DNA of 64,000 nt, from positions 32,001-96,000 of the forward strand of contig DAHWNL010000078.1 in the NCBI GenBank assembly GCA_027339965.1. The letters run 5' to 3'. The position numbers and the translations under genes were made by a program. The stretch's first letter is position 1. Each line of letters starts with the position of its first letter. Below are positions 40,590 through 51,320 of the stretch, piece after piece. Origin of the DNA: Granulicella sp. (GTDB taxonomy: Bacteria > Acidobacteriota > Terriglobia > Terriglobales > Acidobacteriaceae). Below the pieces are notes generated by a model. That model had not been told where the DNA came from and ran no database searches. It saw only the letters and a list, made by a program, of their open reading frames with translations.

Positions 40590-41720
40590 ATGGCAACCTC
40601 AACCATGAAGACCGACTTTTACGAGATTCTCAGTGTCGAACGCACCGCCTCCGATGCCGAGATCAAGAGCGCCTATCGCAAACTCGCCATGCAGTACCAC
40701 CCCGACCGCAACCCCAACAACCCGGAGGCGGAAGAAAAGTTCAAGCAGTGCAGCGAGGCCTATCAGGTTCTCTCCGATCCCGACAAGCGCGCCGCCTACG
40801 ACCGCTATGGACACGCTGGGGTCAGCGGAGCCGGCGGCTTCCCGGGAGGCAACCCTTTCCAAGGCGGAGACCTGAACGATATCTTCGGCGACCTGTTCGG
40901 AGAGATGTTCAACATGGGCGGCGCAGGTCGCCGCGCCACCCGGCAGCAGCGCGGCCGCGACCTCAAATTTGACCTGAAGATCGAGTTTGAGGAGGCTGTC
41001 TTCGGCGTCGAACGAGAGATTTCCATCCGTCGCGCGGAAACCTGCCAAGACTGCCGCGGCACCGGCTCCGCCAGAGGCAAGCAACCGGAGACCTGCCAGC
41101 AATGTGGTGGGCGCGGTCAGATACGCTCCCAGCAGGGCTTCTTCGCAGTTGCCCGCACCTGCCCGGTGTGCAGCGGAACAGGCTCCGTGATCCGCACACC
41201 GTGCCCAACCTGCAAAGGCGACTGTCGAATCGCCCGCGAGCACAAGATCCTGGTCAAGGTACCCGCCGGGGTCGAGACAGATACCCGCATCCGTTACTCT
41301 GGTGAGGGCGAAGCCGGCCGATTCGGCGGGCCCAGCGGCGACCTCTATGTCGTGCTGGAGGTCAAACCCCACAAGTTCTTCGAGCGCGATGGCGATGACC
41401 TTCACTGCGTGATGCCGATCAGCTTCCCGCAGGCCGCTCTCGGCGCTGAACTTGAACTGGAGACCCTGGACGGGGTGGAGACGATCAAGGTTCCGGAAGG
41501 GGCACAGAGCGGCCGTGAGATCCGGCTGCGTGGCAAGGGCGTCCCACACCTGAACGCTCACGGCAAGGGCGATTTGATCGTCGAGCTCCGGGTGCAGACT
41601 CCCTCCCGGCTGACCAAGCAGCAAAAAGAGATCCTCAAGCAGTTCGCGGAGACCATCGATGTGGAAAACACTCCAACCTCCCGCGGCCTGTTCAGCAAGG
41701 TGAAAGAGATTTTCAGCTAA
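40590..41720 (+). CDS. dnaJ: Chaperone DnaJ
   Basis: HPD J-domain, G/F-rich region, four CxxCxGxG-type repeats. Confidence 0.97.
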   Translation: MATSTMKTDFYEILSVERTASDAEIKSAYRKLAMQYHPDRNPNNPEAEEKFKQCSEAYQVLSDPDKRAAYDRYGHAGVSGAGGFPGGNPFQGGDLNDIFGDLFGEMFNMGGAGRRATRQQRGRDLKFDLKIEFEEAVFGVEREISIRRAETCQDCRGTGSARGKQPETCQQCGGRGQIRSQQGFFAVARTCPVCSGTGSVIRTPCPTCKGDCRIAREHKILVKVPAGVETDTRIRYSGEGEAGRFGGPSGDLYVVLEVKPHKFFERDGDDLHCVMPISFPQAALGAELELETLDGVETIKVPEGAQSGREIRLRGKGVPHLNAHGKGDLIVELRVQTPSRLTKQQKEILKQFAETIDVENTPTSRGLFSKVKEIFS

Positions 41721-41771
41721 TGCACGCCTCGATAGGATCCTGAACGGCTGATCCAAATCAGGCGCGCTCCT

Positions 41772-42551
41772 TCATCCAATCTGAACGGCCAGCATCGAGA
41801 TCGAACCCCCGTCGACACCTTCTACAGGAAATTGAATCCTTTCACCCTCCTGCTGGGCGCCCAGCACATATAGCATCGGCAAGTAATGGTCCGGCGTCGG
41901 AACCGCAAGCATAGCCTCCGCTCCAAGCCGCTCGTAGTTGATCAGCGATTTGTACTCGCCGGCCAGCATTCTCTGTTTTGCTTCAGTCTCAAAGCGAATG
42001 GCCCAGTCATATGGGTCAGGCATGTGCTTTCCCCACGCGTAGGCATGAAGGTTATGGACCAGATTGCCGCTGCCGACGATCAAAATACCTTCCTCCCTCA
42101 ACGGCGCGAGCTTTTTGCCGACCTCAAAGTGAAAGACGCTTGGCTGCCCCTCATCGATGCTGAGCTGCACCACCGGAACGTCGGCCTCGGGATAGACATG
42201 CGTCAAAACAGACCATGTACCGTGATCGAGCCCCCAGGAGTCATCCAGTTCAACCTGCAACGGAGATAGCATCTTCTGCACGCGGCGAGCCAGATCAGGA
42301 TCCCCGGGAGCGGGATATTGCACCTGGTACAACTCCCGTGGAAATCCCCCAAAGTCATGAATGGTCCTCGGCGACGTACTCACGGTGATGCCAGTTCCCG
42401 GCACAAACCAGTGAGCGGAGATGGAGAGGATGGCCTTTGGCCGCCTCATCTGTCCTCCTATCGTCCGCCATGCCTGCGTATAGCGGTTCTGCGTGACGGC
42501 ATTCATCGGATTGCCGTGCCCAAAGAAGATTGCGGGTAATCTCTCACTCAT
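41772..42551 (-). CDS. ygiD: 4,5-DOPA extradiol dioxygenase (LigB family)
   Basis: FFGHGNPM, SAHW, TIHDFGGFP, WGLDHGTW, GSGNLVHNL, PTPDHYLP. Confidence 0.92.
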   Translation of the reverse strand: MSERLPAIFFGHGNPMNAVTQNRYTQAWRTIGGQMRRPKAILSISAHWFVPGTGITVSTSPRTIHDFGGFPRELYQVQYPAPGDPDLARRVQKMLSPLQVELDDSWGLDHGTWSVLTHVYPEADVPVVQLSIDEGQPSVFHFEVGKKLAPLREEGILIVGSGNLVHNLHAYAWGKHMPDPYDWAIRFETEAKQRMLAGEYKSLINYERLGAEAMLAVPTPDHYLPMLYVLGAQQEGERIQFPVEGVDGGSISMLAVQIG

Positions 42552-43853
42552 CTCCAGTGCCTCTTTCAAGATCGGCATCGAGCCGACGTTCGCCCTTCCT
42601 GGCGTCAGGATGTATGCCTCTATGCTGCCGGAATCCATTTTGCAAGACGGAGCGAGTTTAACTGCAAGATCCACCTGTGCTTGGTAAATCGCCGACAGCG
42701 AATCCGTTCGGGCGCCATCCGAAGATCCGCTTGAAGAATCCGCTTGAGAGACAGACTTAGACAGTTCATATCCTCTTGTCCACCTCTTATGCTCTCCGGC
42801 GAACGCGCGCCCCTCCAGCCGAGCGGTCGAGTAGAAGTATCAGGTCTGATCCTCCGGAACCTTGGCCTCGCGTAGTGGCAAGCGGGTGGCTAGGAAGATA
42901 CCTTCCCAACGTTGGCTGCAATGCCCGATGAAGGATGAAACTTCGCCGATGCATCGGACCCATCCCTTTTCCTTTCTTCTGTTGGAAGCTGCGCTTCCCG
43001 AGTAACCACTTCACAAAATTCTACGTCTAATAAGACAAGTTGGGTGTGGGAGATATCCTGGGAAGGGTGTTCTATCCACACGCACAAGGAACAAGGAACA
43101 AAGCCCAAGAGGCGACAAGGAGAAGGTGGAGATGGTTTTGCCAGACCGGGATGTTGCAAAGCTTGTTGAGCGACGCATTGGCGCCGCTGTCGCAGCATCG
43201 TCGGCTGGAGCGCTAGAGACCGGTCTTTACGAGTCCATATCCGCCAAGGGTGCGGGCACCCTCACCGACGGTTCTCAAGCCAAAACCCGCATGAAGGGCG
43301 CGTTTCCCAATCAGGTTTCCCGCCTTCCTCTGGCCCGCACACTTGATACCATAACTGTAACCGTGGAGGTTTTGGCGCAACCAAGAGAGACCCTTGTCCA
43401 GAAGCGCATCCTCCCGTTAGGTCAATGGCCGGAAAGGCTTTTCACCCCAAGGCCATTCGCGCCATTGAGACGATCCACGGCCTACGAGCATAGTCGCGGC
43501 TTCAGGAGCGTATTCGCGGGTCTTTGTAGGCCATCCGACCGGGCATATTCATTCCAATGTAGTCGCGATGGATCATCTGGAGCCGATGCCAATCGCCATT
43601 TGCGCCTGGAAGAGAGTTGTCAGAGTTCCCCCCGGGCAGACCCCCCGGATTGAGATCGAAGGCAACTGTGGCAGTAGCAGCAGTGGATGTACCGCGGAAA
43701 GGTTTTTAGGACGAAGATTTGACGTTTCAACTTTAGTGACGCGATGCGTCTTTTGGCACCCTCGCAAGAGCCTTCGCAGACTTGGAGTCAGGGATGATAT
43801 ACCAGAGGTTCAGTCAGTCGGAACAAGAACGCTACAAGAAGCTTGGTTCTTCC

Positions 43854-44897
43854 ATGGCGGTATGGCGCACCTCCATCGTGGCCGGAGTCCTCGGACTTAG
43901 CGCAGCGGCAGTACAGGCGCAGGGCCCTGCGCTGCAAAACAGCTCTCAGCCCTTTACCAATACCCCGAGCGCGGCAGCGTTTTCCTCCTCGCTGGCATCT
44001 GCGGTTCCTTCGGTCGATTCGCTGTTTTCTTCCAGTTCCAGTTCCAGCTCAGATGCGGACTCCCCGCTGATGGAGGCCAAGCTGTTCCCGTCTTCTTCTT
44101 TGCCGACCGGGACCGGTCACCAGAACAGCAACCCCTGGGGCACTCAACAATACAAGCGCCCTCTGTATAACTCCGGAGGGAACAGGGACGGGTCAAGCCG
44201 GTGGATCATTTACGGCGGAGGTGGCATCACAGAGCCGATCGGAAACACCCACAACTATCTGACCGACAACTTTGCACTGCAAGCGGGAGCCGGCTATCAA
44301 TTCAGCAGACACTTCTCGCTCCCCATCGAGTTTGACTGGGACCAGTTCGGCATGACCAAGCAAAACCTTGACAACCAGATCCTGATCTACGACAACGTCT
44401 ATGGTAAGGGTGCGTTGAATGGAATTCTCAACGGAAACAGCCATATCTGGTCGTTCTCTCTGGAGCCACGGTATGCCTTCCGCACCGGCAGCGGATGGAA
44501 TCCATACGTCGTGGGCGGCGTTGGCTTCTATCACAAGGTGGCTAACTTTACCGTGCCCGCGGCTGCTCCGTGCTATGGGGGATACGGATACGGATACGGA
44601 TACGGGGGCGGTTACGGCTACGGCGGCTTCTATGGCTTCTGCGGCGCGAACCTCAACATTGATCACTACACCTCCAACGCTCCTGGATTCGATGGTGGAG
44701 CCGGCCTTGCCTACAACCTTTCCGATACGCGCTTTAGCTTTTACGCCCAGGCAGAGTATGTGTACATCGATAACTCACTGAGAAAAGGCATCACGATCGC
44801 TAACTACACAGATACTCCCTACAAGACCTACAACCTGTATCCACCGAACAGCTACCATACCAACTACATTCCGATCACGTTCGGTATTCGCTTCTAG
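43854..44897 (+). CDS. Outer-membrane beta-barrel protein with Gly/Tyr-rich loop
   Basis: Signal peptide, AGAGYQF, YVVGGVGFYHK, C-terminal PITFGIRF; start could be 43794. Confidence 0.8.
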   Translation: MAVWRTSIVAGVLGLSAAAVQAQGPALQNSSQPFTNTPSAAAFSSSLASAVPSVDSLFSSSSSSSSDADSPLMEAKLFPSSSLPTGTGHQNSNPWGTQQYKRPLYNSGGNRDGSSRWIIYGGGGITEPIGNTHNYLTDNFALQAGAGYQFSRHFSLPIEFDWDQFGMTKQNLDNQILIYDNVYGKGALNGILNGNSHIWSFSLEPRYAFRTGSGWNPYVVGGVGFYHKVANFTVPAAAPCYGGYGYGYGYGGGYGYGGFYGFCGANLNIDHYTSNAPGFDGGAGLAYNLSDTRFSFYAQAEYVYIDNSLRKGITIANYTDTPYKTYNLYPPNSYHTNYIPITFGIRF

Positions 44898-44917
44898 ACT
44901 CCACCGCCACAGAGGAC

Positions 44918-44956
44918 AAAAGGGGCAAGGTTGATGAACCTTACCCCTTTTTCTTT
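44918..44956 (+). terminator. Rho-independent terminator
   Basis: AAAAGGGGCAAGGTT-gatg-AACCTTACCCCTTTTT. Confidence 0.8.
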
Positions 44957-45092
44957 CCCTTATGGCAGTAATCGGGAGATGAACAAGATGATCTTGCTGA
45001 ATCTAGCAGAACTTGTTTCGGCTTCGCCTCCCCAACCCGGAGAAAGATCTCTGGCTCCAACCTGAAAATGAAAGCAAGGCAGCACGAAGCAA

Positions 45093-47111
45093 ATGACGAT
45101 CCCTGCGATGCAGCAAAGAAGATGGAAAGGCGCCCTGGCAGGATTCTTCTGGCTCCAGCTCGCATGGCTGCTTTTGTCGAGTTGCGGAGGCAACAAGTCG
45201 ATTCCGACGCCGTTCCAGCCCGCGCCTCAACCGGTCTTCGGGCAGAGCGGATCGGTGACGATTTCCCCGGAGTTTGTGGCTCTGGGGATAGGACAAACTC
45301 AGCAGTTCACCGCGACCGTTGCCGGCGGAGGAGGAGCCATCCAATGGTCTCTGACGTGCGCCAGCAACTCCAAAGTCGGATGTGGAACTCTCTCCTCAAA
45401 CGGACTTTACACGGCTCCGGCGATCCCGTTTCAATCCCAGAATGCGATGATTACGGCGCAGCTCGCAAGCTCGCCGCAGAACAATTATGCGCAGGCTCTG
45501 GCAGCGCTGGTGAACTCGGGCCTGGTCTCCCCTACTGCGAATCCTCAAGTGGCAAGCTATGCGCTGAATCTGCCTGATCCGGGATCGATGACAGTGAACT
45601 TCGGCAAAACCACAGCATATGGATTTCCTACTTCGGCCCAGACCATCTCCGCGGCAAACACAGTAACAGTGCTCGTCGCCGGCATGATCGGAAATACGCA
45701 ATACCACATGCAAGCCACAGCGGTCCTGACCGCGATTACGGCGAGTGGGCAGAGGTTGAGCGCGACTTTCACCGATAACGATCACCCGTTCACCACCGGC
45801 ACGCCGTTCGCAACCTCACCGGTAACCGCAGGTGCAGTAGGCGGAGCCACGCCGCAGCCGGGAATTGAACTCTTCGATACAGCGCAACCGCAAGCGCCCG
45901 CGATGGCGTTTGCCACCGACCTGAAAGGAAATGTGATCTGGACCTATAGTTACAAGCTGACGGGAACGGGTGGAACCGGCTCGGTAGCAGACCTGATACA
46001 GCCGATCTATCTGCTGCCGAACGGGAATTTCCTGGTGCAGATCTCGTATCTGTCGTCGCTCCCGGTACACAAAGCGCAGGTGCTGCCATCTGGCACGCTG
46101 GACGAGGTGCGCGAGGTGAATCTTGCCGGCACCACCGTTCAGGAATTCACAGCTTCGAGTGTGCGCGCCGCCGTTGCCGCGAACCCGGCGCTCTCCGGCC
46201 AGCTCAGTGGTGTGACGCTGGGCAGCCTTCATCACGATGTGCTGGCGGTACCCAAGACTGGGCACATGGTGCTGCTGTTTTCGGCCACCAAGACGGTGAA
46301 CATAAGCCCGGCGATCAAGGGAATCGGCGGAGTTACTTACAGCGGTCCCACACCTGTGCTGGGAGATGTACTCGTCGATCTGGATCAAAACGGCAGCCCG
46401 GATTGGGTGTGGAACGCGTTCGAGAATCTTGACGTGAACCGGGTTCCATGGCCACAGCAGTTTCCAGACTGGACGCACTCCAACGCCTTGCTCTACTCCC
46501 GCAGCGACCACAATCTTCTGCTCTCCATTCGTCACCAGAACTGGATCGTCAAAATCGATTACGAGAATGGCACTGGCAGTGGAAACGTCATGTGGCGATT
46601 GGGCGAGGGTGGAGACTTTACACTGCAAGGGGGCACGGACCCGACGGATTGGTTTTACGCCCAGCACGGACCCAATTTCTTCACCACCAACACAATCGGC
46701 AACTTCACGCTGGGCGTGATGGATAACGGAGATGACCGGGAGTTCCCCGGGGAGTTGGCGAATGGAGGTGCGAATTGTCCATCTGCGGGCGTCAGTACAG
46801 CGGCTACCAGCCAGTGCTACTCGACAATGCTGGTCCTGGATGTGAACGAAACCAGCAAGACAGCAACAATCACCGAACGTTACCAGCCAACGCCCGCCGT
46901 ATACAGCTTCTTCGGCGGCGATGTATCTGTGCTTCAGAACGGCGATCGACACGTGGATTTCTGCTCTCCAACAGGTGGAACGCAGGTCTATGAGCGAGGC
47001 GGTCCCGTTGGATCAGGACAGGTGGTGTGGCAGGCAGTGACGAAGGGAGTGAATCAGAATCAGTATCGAACCGACCGACTCCCAAGCCTCTATCCGGGGG
47101 TAACCTGGTGA
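45093..47111 (+). CDS. Aryl-sulfate sulfotransferase (ASST)-family lipoprotein with N-terminal Ig-like domains
   Basis: LSSC lipobox, LHHD, DWTHSNAL, SIRHQNW, YAQH, MDNG. Confidence 0.82.
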   Translation: MTIPAMQQRRWKGALAGFFWLQLAWLLLSSCGGNKSIPTPFQPAPQPVFGQSGSVTISPEFVALGIGQTQQFTATVAGGGGAIQWSLTCASNSKVGCGTLSSNGLYTAPAIPFQSQNAMITAQLASSPQNNYAQALAALVNSGLVSPTANPQVASYALNLPDPGSMTVNFGKTTAYGFPTSAQTISAANTVTVLVAGMIGNTQYHMQATAVLTAITASGQRLSATFTDNDHPFTTGTPFATSPVTAGAVGGATPQPGIELFDTAQPQAPAMAFATDLKGNVIWTYSYKLTGTGGTGSVADLIQPIYLLPNGNFLVQISYLSSLPVHKAQVLPSGTLDEVREVNLAGTTVQEFTASSVRAAVAANPALSGQLSGVTLGSLHHDVLAVPKTGHMVLLFSATKTVNISPAIKGIGGVTYSGPTPVLGDVLVDLDQNGSPDWVWNAFENLDVNRVPWPQQFPDWTHSNALLYSRSDHNLLLSIRHQNWIVKIDYENGTGSGNVMWRLGEGGDFTLQGGTDPTDWFYAQHGPNFFTTNTIGNFTLGVMDNGDDREFPGELANGGANCPSAGVSTAATSQCYSTMLVLDVNETSKTATITERYQPTPAVYSFFGGDVSVLQNGDRHVDFCSPTGGTQVYERGGPVGSGQVVWQAVTKGVNQNQYRTDRLPSLYPGVTW

Positions 47112-47257
47112 CGGGACCGCTGCTGACCTCAGCCAAGGATCCGCCTATTCCTCGGTACCATCCAGACACAGGCGAGGATGCCGGCCAGTGCGACCGATCT
47201 CTCTACCGGACCTTCGATCTCTAGCCGCTAAGTTTTTTGTGCTCTAATAGAGTTGTT

Positions 47258-47344
47258 GGCTTGATGGCGGAATCGGCATACGCGGTGGTCTCAAAAACCA
47301 TTGGGAGCAATCCCGTGTGGGTTCAAGTCCCACTCAAGCCACCA
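47258..47344 (+). tRNA. tRNA-Leu(CAA)
   Basis: Acceptor stem GGCTTGA/TCAAGCC, anticodon arm GTGGT-CTCAAAA-ACCAT, long variable arm GGGAGCAATCCC, GTTCAAGTC T-loop, encoded CCA. Confidence 0.95.
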
Positions 47345-47659
47345 CATCGATTCAACCTGCTTCCCTCCCAAAATCCTCATGCCGAGGGTTCTTCCGGCCA
47401 GCCCCCAAGCACCATGGCTCACTTGCCCTCGCCCCCGCAGAACGCGATATCTGGCAATTGGCTGGGATAACGGCACCGGTACCGGTGCCGAAACCGCAGA
47501 AGGCTGCGCCATGGAGGACAGACCGGACCACGCGGGGTCGGCACAATACTCCTCCCAATCTCCGGGAGCATGTGCTGTTGAGCCCCTGATCGACCAGCTC
47601 CTGTCCTTACCTGTCCTGTCCGCGGCGCATACCGTATACTCACTGCGGAGGGAAAGCCT

Positions 47660-48163
47660 TTGGAAATTCGTATCCCAACCGTACCCCCATCCGGGGCCTC
47701 GCCCGTCACGGGACGGACCGCAGCGCGTCTGCTTGGCGTGTTCTTCCTTTTTGCCTCTTCCCTTCTTGCAGCGCCGATTCCAGCCCGCGCACAAGATGCC
47801 GCGCTTCTGGCCAAAGCGAAGGCCGGCGATGAAGCATCTCAACTTCACCTCGGCGACTTCTATGCCGGTTTGAACACAGAGGACGGTTACACGCAGGCTG
47901 CTCTTTGGTACCGGAAAGCCGCCGATCAAGGTGATCCCAAGGCACAGTTTGCCCTAGGTAGCCTTTACTGCTGGCATCAGGGAGTCCCACTGGATTTCTC
48001 TACCGCCTACTTCTGGCTTGATCTGGCCGTTACTGCGGGTGTCCCTGACGACAATCACATGCGCAGCTACGCTTGGTCTCACCTGTCGGCAGATCAGGTA
48101 GCGGCAGCCCAGCAAAAGGTGAAAGCATGGCAGCATTCCCACAAGGAGAAGTCCGCCTCGTAG
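47660..48163 (+). CDS. Secreted Sel1-repeat protein
   Basis: Signal peptide, AKAGD..SQ.HLG, WYRKAADQGDPKAQFALG, AYFWL.LA. Confidence 0.8.
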   Translation: MEIRIPTVPPSGASPVTGRTAARLLGVFFLFASSLLAAPIPARAQDAALLAKAKAGDEASQLHLGDFYAGLNTEDGYTQAALWYRKAADQGDPKAQFALGSLYCWHQGVPLDFSTAYFWLDLAVTAGVPDDNHMRSYAWSHLSADQVAAAQQKVKAWQHSHKEKSAS

Positions 48164-48269
48164 AGGCTATGCGAGGAGGATCCAGGTCCAGCGGAGCTTT
48201 CCCCTGTTGAGCAACCGCCTTGGCCTACGGGCGTGCGGCCTCCGCAAGCGCTTTGGATACTTTGGATGA

Positions 48270-48435
48270 AGAAGACCGCTGTCACCAAGAGAGGCCCTCC
48301 GTCACCGCAGGAACGATCTTTGATCGCAGCCGTGTTCCGTTGGCGGACTGGTTTACGGCGATCTGTTCGATGACCAACCAGAAGTACGGCATCAGCACGC
48401 CCGCTTTGCAGCGGTTGCTGGGCTTGGGCAGCTAG
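48270..48435 (+). mobile_element. IS1595-family transposase fragment
   Basis: SVTAGTIFDRSRVPLADWFTAI..MTNQKYGIS..LQRLLGLGS then a stop; no DDE domain. Confidence 0.82.
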
Positions 48436-48657
48436 TAACCGCCCGGCAAAGCCGGAGGCTACTTGCCTTCATCCCCGAAAGTTTCAGGGTTCCTTGCGGC
48501 GAATGCTTGGGTAAACTGCTACAACACGCTCGTTGACCGTTGCTCCTGGGTATGTGCTCTGACGGGCTCCGCGGTGAGTCGTCGGGATGGATGACCCAGA
48601 ATGCCAAATGGCCACTGGCGCCCCCTCCTGGGCTTGCGTAACTCATGGAGATGGCGC

Positions 48658-50892
48658 CTACGACTCCATGATGACTGCCGCTGAACGCGGTGGAATTCGA
48701 AGCGAACCGCTGAAGGACTTGGCGTCTGGCTCCTCGGGTGTGGCAAAGACAAGCTTGCCCGCGTTGGGCAAGTCCAACGTAACGGTAACCGACTTTGTCT
48801 GTTCGAGACTGGCGACGACAACCGCGCGCTGGCCTCCTGAACGGCGAAAGACCGTGTAGCGGACCTTTCCGTCGGCAGGCACGTTGGCTCCAAGATTGTC
48901 GCGGAACTCGGCATCCCAGACCCATGCTTGATACCTTTTACGCAAAGCATCCACCTTTTTGCCGTACTCCAGCGTGAGCGGGAAATCTGTGATGTGTCCT
49001 TTGAAGTGATAAGGTTCGTACTCCATGATGTAGCGATAGAGCAGGCACAGGTTGATCTCATCCCGGGCGTTGAAGCCGCGGACAGCCGCCATGAGCGGGG
49101 CTTGCGGATCAATGTAGCGCAGAGCGTGAACCGTGCCCCAATTGATGCGGTAGTAGCCAAGCACATAGTATGGCATCAGCCAGTCGCCTGGTCCCTCCCC
49201 GGAGAAGAGAAAATCTTCGCCATTGGCGGCGCCGCCGGGCAGGAAGTAGTTGGAAGGGGTGTTGACTGCGGCCTGACGGAACTGCCTGGCGAGCGGGATA
49301 TCTGCATTGAAAAGATAGCCGGGCGGGTTATAGCCGTGATCGGCGCTGAAGTTATAGATCACGCCATTGTGTTGCATCACTTCGTCGAAAAGCCAGCCGG
49401 CAGCACCAAGCTTGACCGTCTTTTCAAACTCGTGCGTTGCAATGTCGCGGTACTCCTGGCAACAGACATCCATGATGGCCCTGCGGCGGTTGTTGATTCC
49501 AGCCAGTTGGACTGGCGTGGTGTAGCTGTAGCCACCCGCCTCGTACTTGTCGCCGTAAGGGTCCGTGCACTCGTACTTATAAAGAACTTCCTTGTACCAG
49601 GATCTGGAGATCGCGGCAAAGATGGGCTTGCCAAACAGGATGATCTTGACTCCCATGGCCTGAATCTTTGCAATCGCATCGTGAAGCTGCTCCCAGGTAC
49701 CGAGGCCAGGATCCGTGGAAAGATCGGGATCCCCTCCATCCTGGCCTCCGTAAGCCCAGCCGACGACTTGGATGGCGCGCACGCCGTTCTCTGCGCACTC
49801 CTTGCCGTAGTGCACAAGATCCGTATAGGGGACCAGGTAGTCCTGCTCCGCTCCATCCACGCGTAGTTGTTGCCAGGAGTGAACTTCTTTCACCCAGGCT
49901 GGAATAGGCGGCCTGCCGAACCATGTGGCGCGCCACTGCTTGTAAATGTCCAGGCCGGCGTGCCAGTCACCCGAATAGGGGCGCACCACGATGGGCGCGA
50001 GATGGAAGGAGGATTTAGGATGCGCAAAGACGAAGTGGCAGGGTCTGAATTCAAGATGCACCGGGATCCCGGAGATATCATCGGTGCGTGGAACGGCGTT
50101 GGCATTCGCATCCACCACGCCCGGAAGCTGGGAGAAGATAAATTGCAGGAAATAGCGGATCTCAGGGTCTTTCATGACCACGTACATGCCCTGCTGGGGT
50201 GACTGAATCAGGCAGAACTGGCTTTGAAATGCGCCCGTGTTGATGATCTTGGTGGGGTAACGATCGCCCCAATAGCCCAGGTTATTTGCAAAGCTGGGAT
50301 AAAGTTCCTGGGTCTGCAAAGCACCGACGAACATGGAATGCGCCAGCATCGCTGCGTTGGGCATGGGCGGAGTCAGATCCCCGAAGTAGGGATACTCGAC
50401 GGTATCAACGCTCAGATCCGACTGATTGTCAACCACACCATCAAACACAAGTTCCCCACTTTGCAGCGTCACGGTTGCTGTGAAGGTAATCGGTAGCACG
50501 CCTGCATGCTCACTGAGCAAATCTGTCCATTGGATCTGGACTCGGTTGTGAGCGATCTTCTCCACACGCTGGGCGCGTTGCTTGTGTCCGAGGACAAAGT
50601 TGTCGCTGCGTTCCGGCAGGGGAACCATCATGCGAAAAGAAGCACCGAGAGCAGGACGCCGCTCAATGGACCATTTGGTGGACTTGCGCTGCATCCGGGT
50701 GAGTGCGCCGGAGCGGGGATTGAATGCCAGGATCACCTCCGCGTCTTCGAGCACAACCTCGCCGCTGGCGGCAGCATCCTGCGCCACACTTGCGTTGTCA
50801 ACTTCGGCCAGAGCAGCCAGCGCGGTAAAGCCAGCCAGTTTATGAAACGCTCTACGATCCATTGCATTCTCCGTTTCGGGATGTCTATCCAT
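48658..50892 (-). CDS. Tat-exported glycoside-hydrolase-like protein (DUF6259-like TIM barrel)
   Basis: DRRAFHKL twin-arginine signal, beta-rich N-domain, GDW..G..IYKQW, QVVGW..GG.D, GAAGWLFDE, FSGE. Confidence 0.65.
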   Translation of the reverse strand: MDRHPETENAMDRRAFHKLAGFTALAALAEVDNASVAQDAAASGEVVLEDAEVILAFNPRSGALTRMQRKSTKWSIERRPALGASFRMMVPLPERSDNFVLGHKQRAQRVEKIAHNRVQIQWTDLLSEHAGVLPITFTATVTLQSGELVFDGVVDNQSDLSVDTVEYPYFGDLTPPMPNAAMLAHSMFVGALQTQELYPSFANNLGYWGDRYPTKIINTGAFQSQFCLIQSPQQGMYVVMKDPEIRYFLQFIFSQLPGVVDANANAVPRTDDISGIPVHLEFRPCHFVFAHPKSSFHLAPIVVRPYSGDWHAGLDIYKQWRATWFGRPPIPAWVKEVHSWQQLRVDGAEQDYLVPYTDLVHYGKECAENGVRAIQVVGWAYGGQDGGDPDLSTDPGLGTWEQLHDAIAKIQAMGVKIILFGKPIFAAISRSWYKEVLYKYECTDPYGDKYEAGGYSYTTPVQLAGINNRRRAIMDVCCQEYRDIATHEFEKTVKLGAAGWLFDEVMQHNGVIYNFSADHGYNPPGYLFNADIPLARQFRQAAVNTPSNYFLPGGAANGEDFLFSGEGPGDWLMPYYVLGYYRINWGTVHALRYIDPQAPLMAAVRGFNARDEINLCLLYRYIMEYEPYHFKGHITDFPLTLEYGKKVDALRKRYQAWVWDAEFRDNLGANVPADGKVRYTVFRRSGGQRAVVVASLEQTKSVTVTLDLPNAGKLVFATPEEPDAKSFSGSLRIPPRSAAVIMES

Positions 50893-51298
50893 GTCGGCGA
50901 CCCGCTGGGCGTTGCCTGCTCATTCAAGAGACCGGTTTTCTCAGGCTTGCTTGGCGTTCTGGTTGCACCACGTTGCACAGCTCGCAATCAAGCTTAGCCC
51001 AAGCAACCGCAACCTGATTTGAGCCCTGTTCAGGGGTCCGCAAACACCCTTCCAATGTCGAGGGAGCATGCCAGGCGCGGCGACGCAAAAAAGAGATGGC
51101 TGGTTGTGGATCGCGATGGAGAGAATCTCTGAAAATGGGCTCTCTGGAGAGAAACCTGTCGACACAGACCTCAAGAAGCATCTCTTGGAAGGCTTCCTGC
51201 GCTCCAGTGGACATCCAAACACGCACCCTCCAGCGTTCTTTGCTGAAAAGAGAAGCAGGCATAGGGCGCTGACCCGTGAGGTGGAGGAACAACTTGCA

Positions 51299-51320
51299 AT
51301 AATCGCTTCCAATCGATTAT
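51299..51320. promoter_or_regulatory. Putative operator ATAATCGCT-tc-CAATCGATTAT in the divergent glycosidase/MFS intergenic region
   Basis: Shares both words with 59821-59835 and the CAATCGAT core with 62551-62569; TTGCAA lies immediately upstream. Confidence 0.55.

Noticed and set aside
42935..43250. Possible degraded P-II-like gene (KVEMVLPDRDVAKLVE..I.AA)
   Set aside because: Only one short resemblance amid stops and frame changes; cannot be supported without a translated search.
45093..47111. Aryl-sulfate sulfotransferase as part of the sulfosugar pathway
   Set aside because: It acts on sulfate esters rather than C-sulfonates, lies on the other side of the tRNA, and I saw no CAATCGAT motif upstream.
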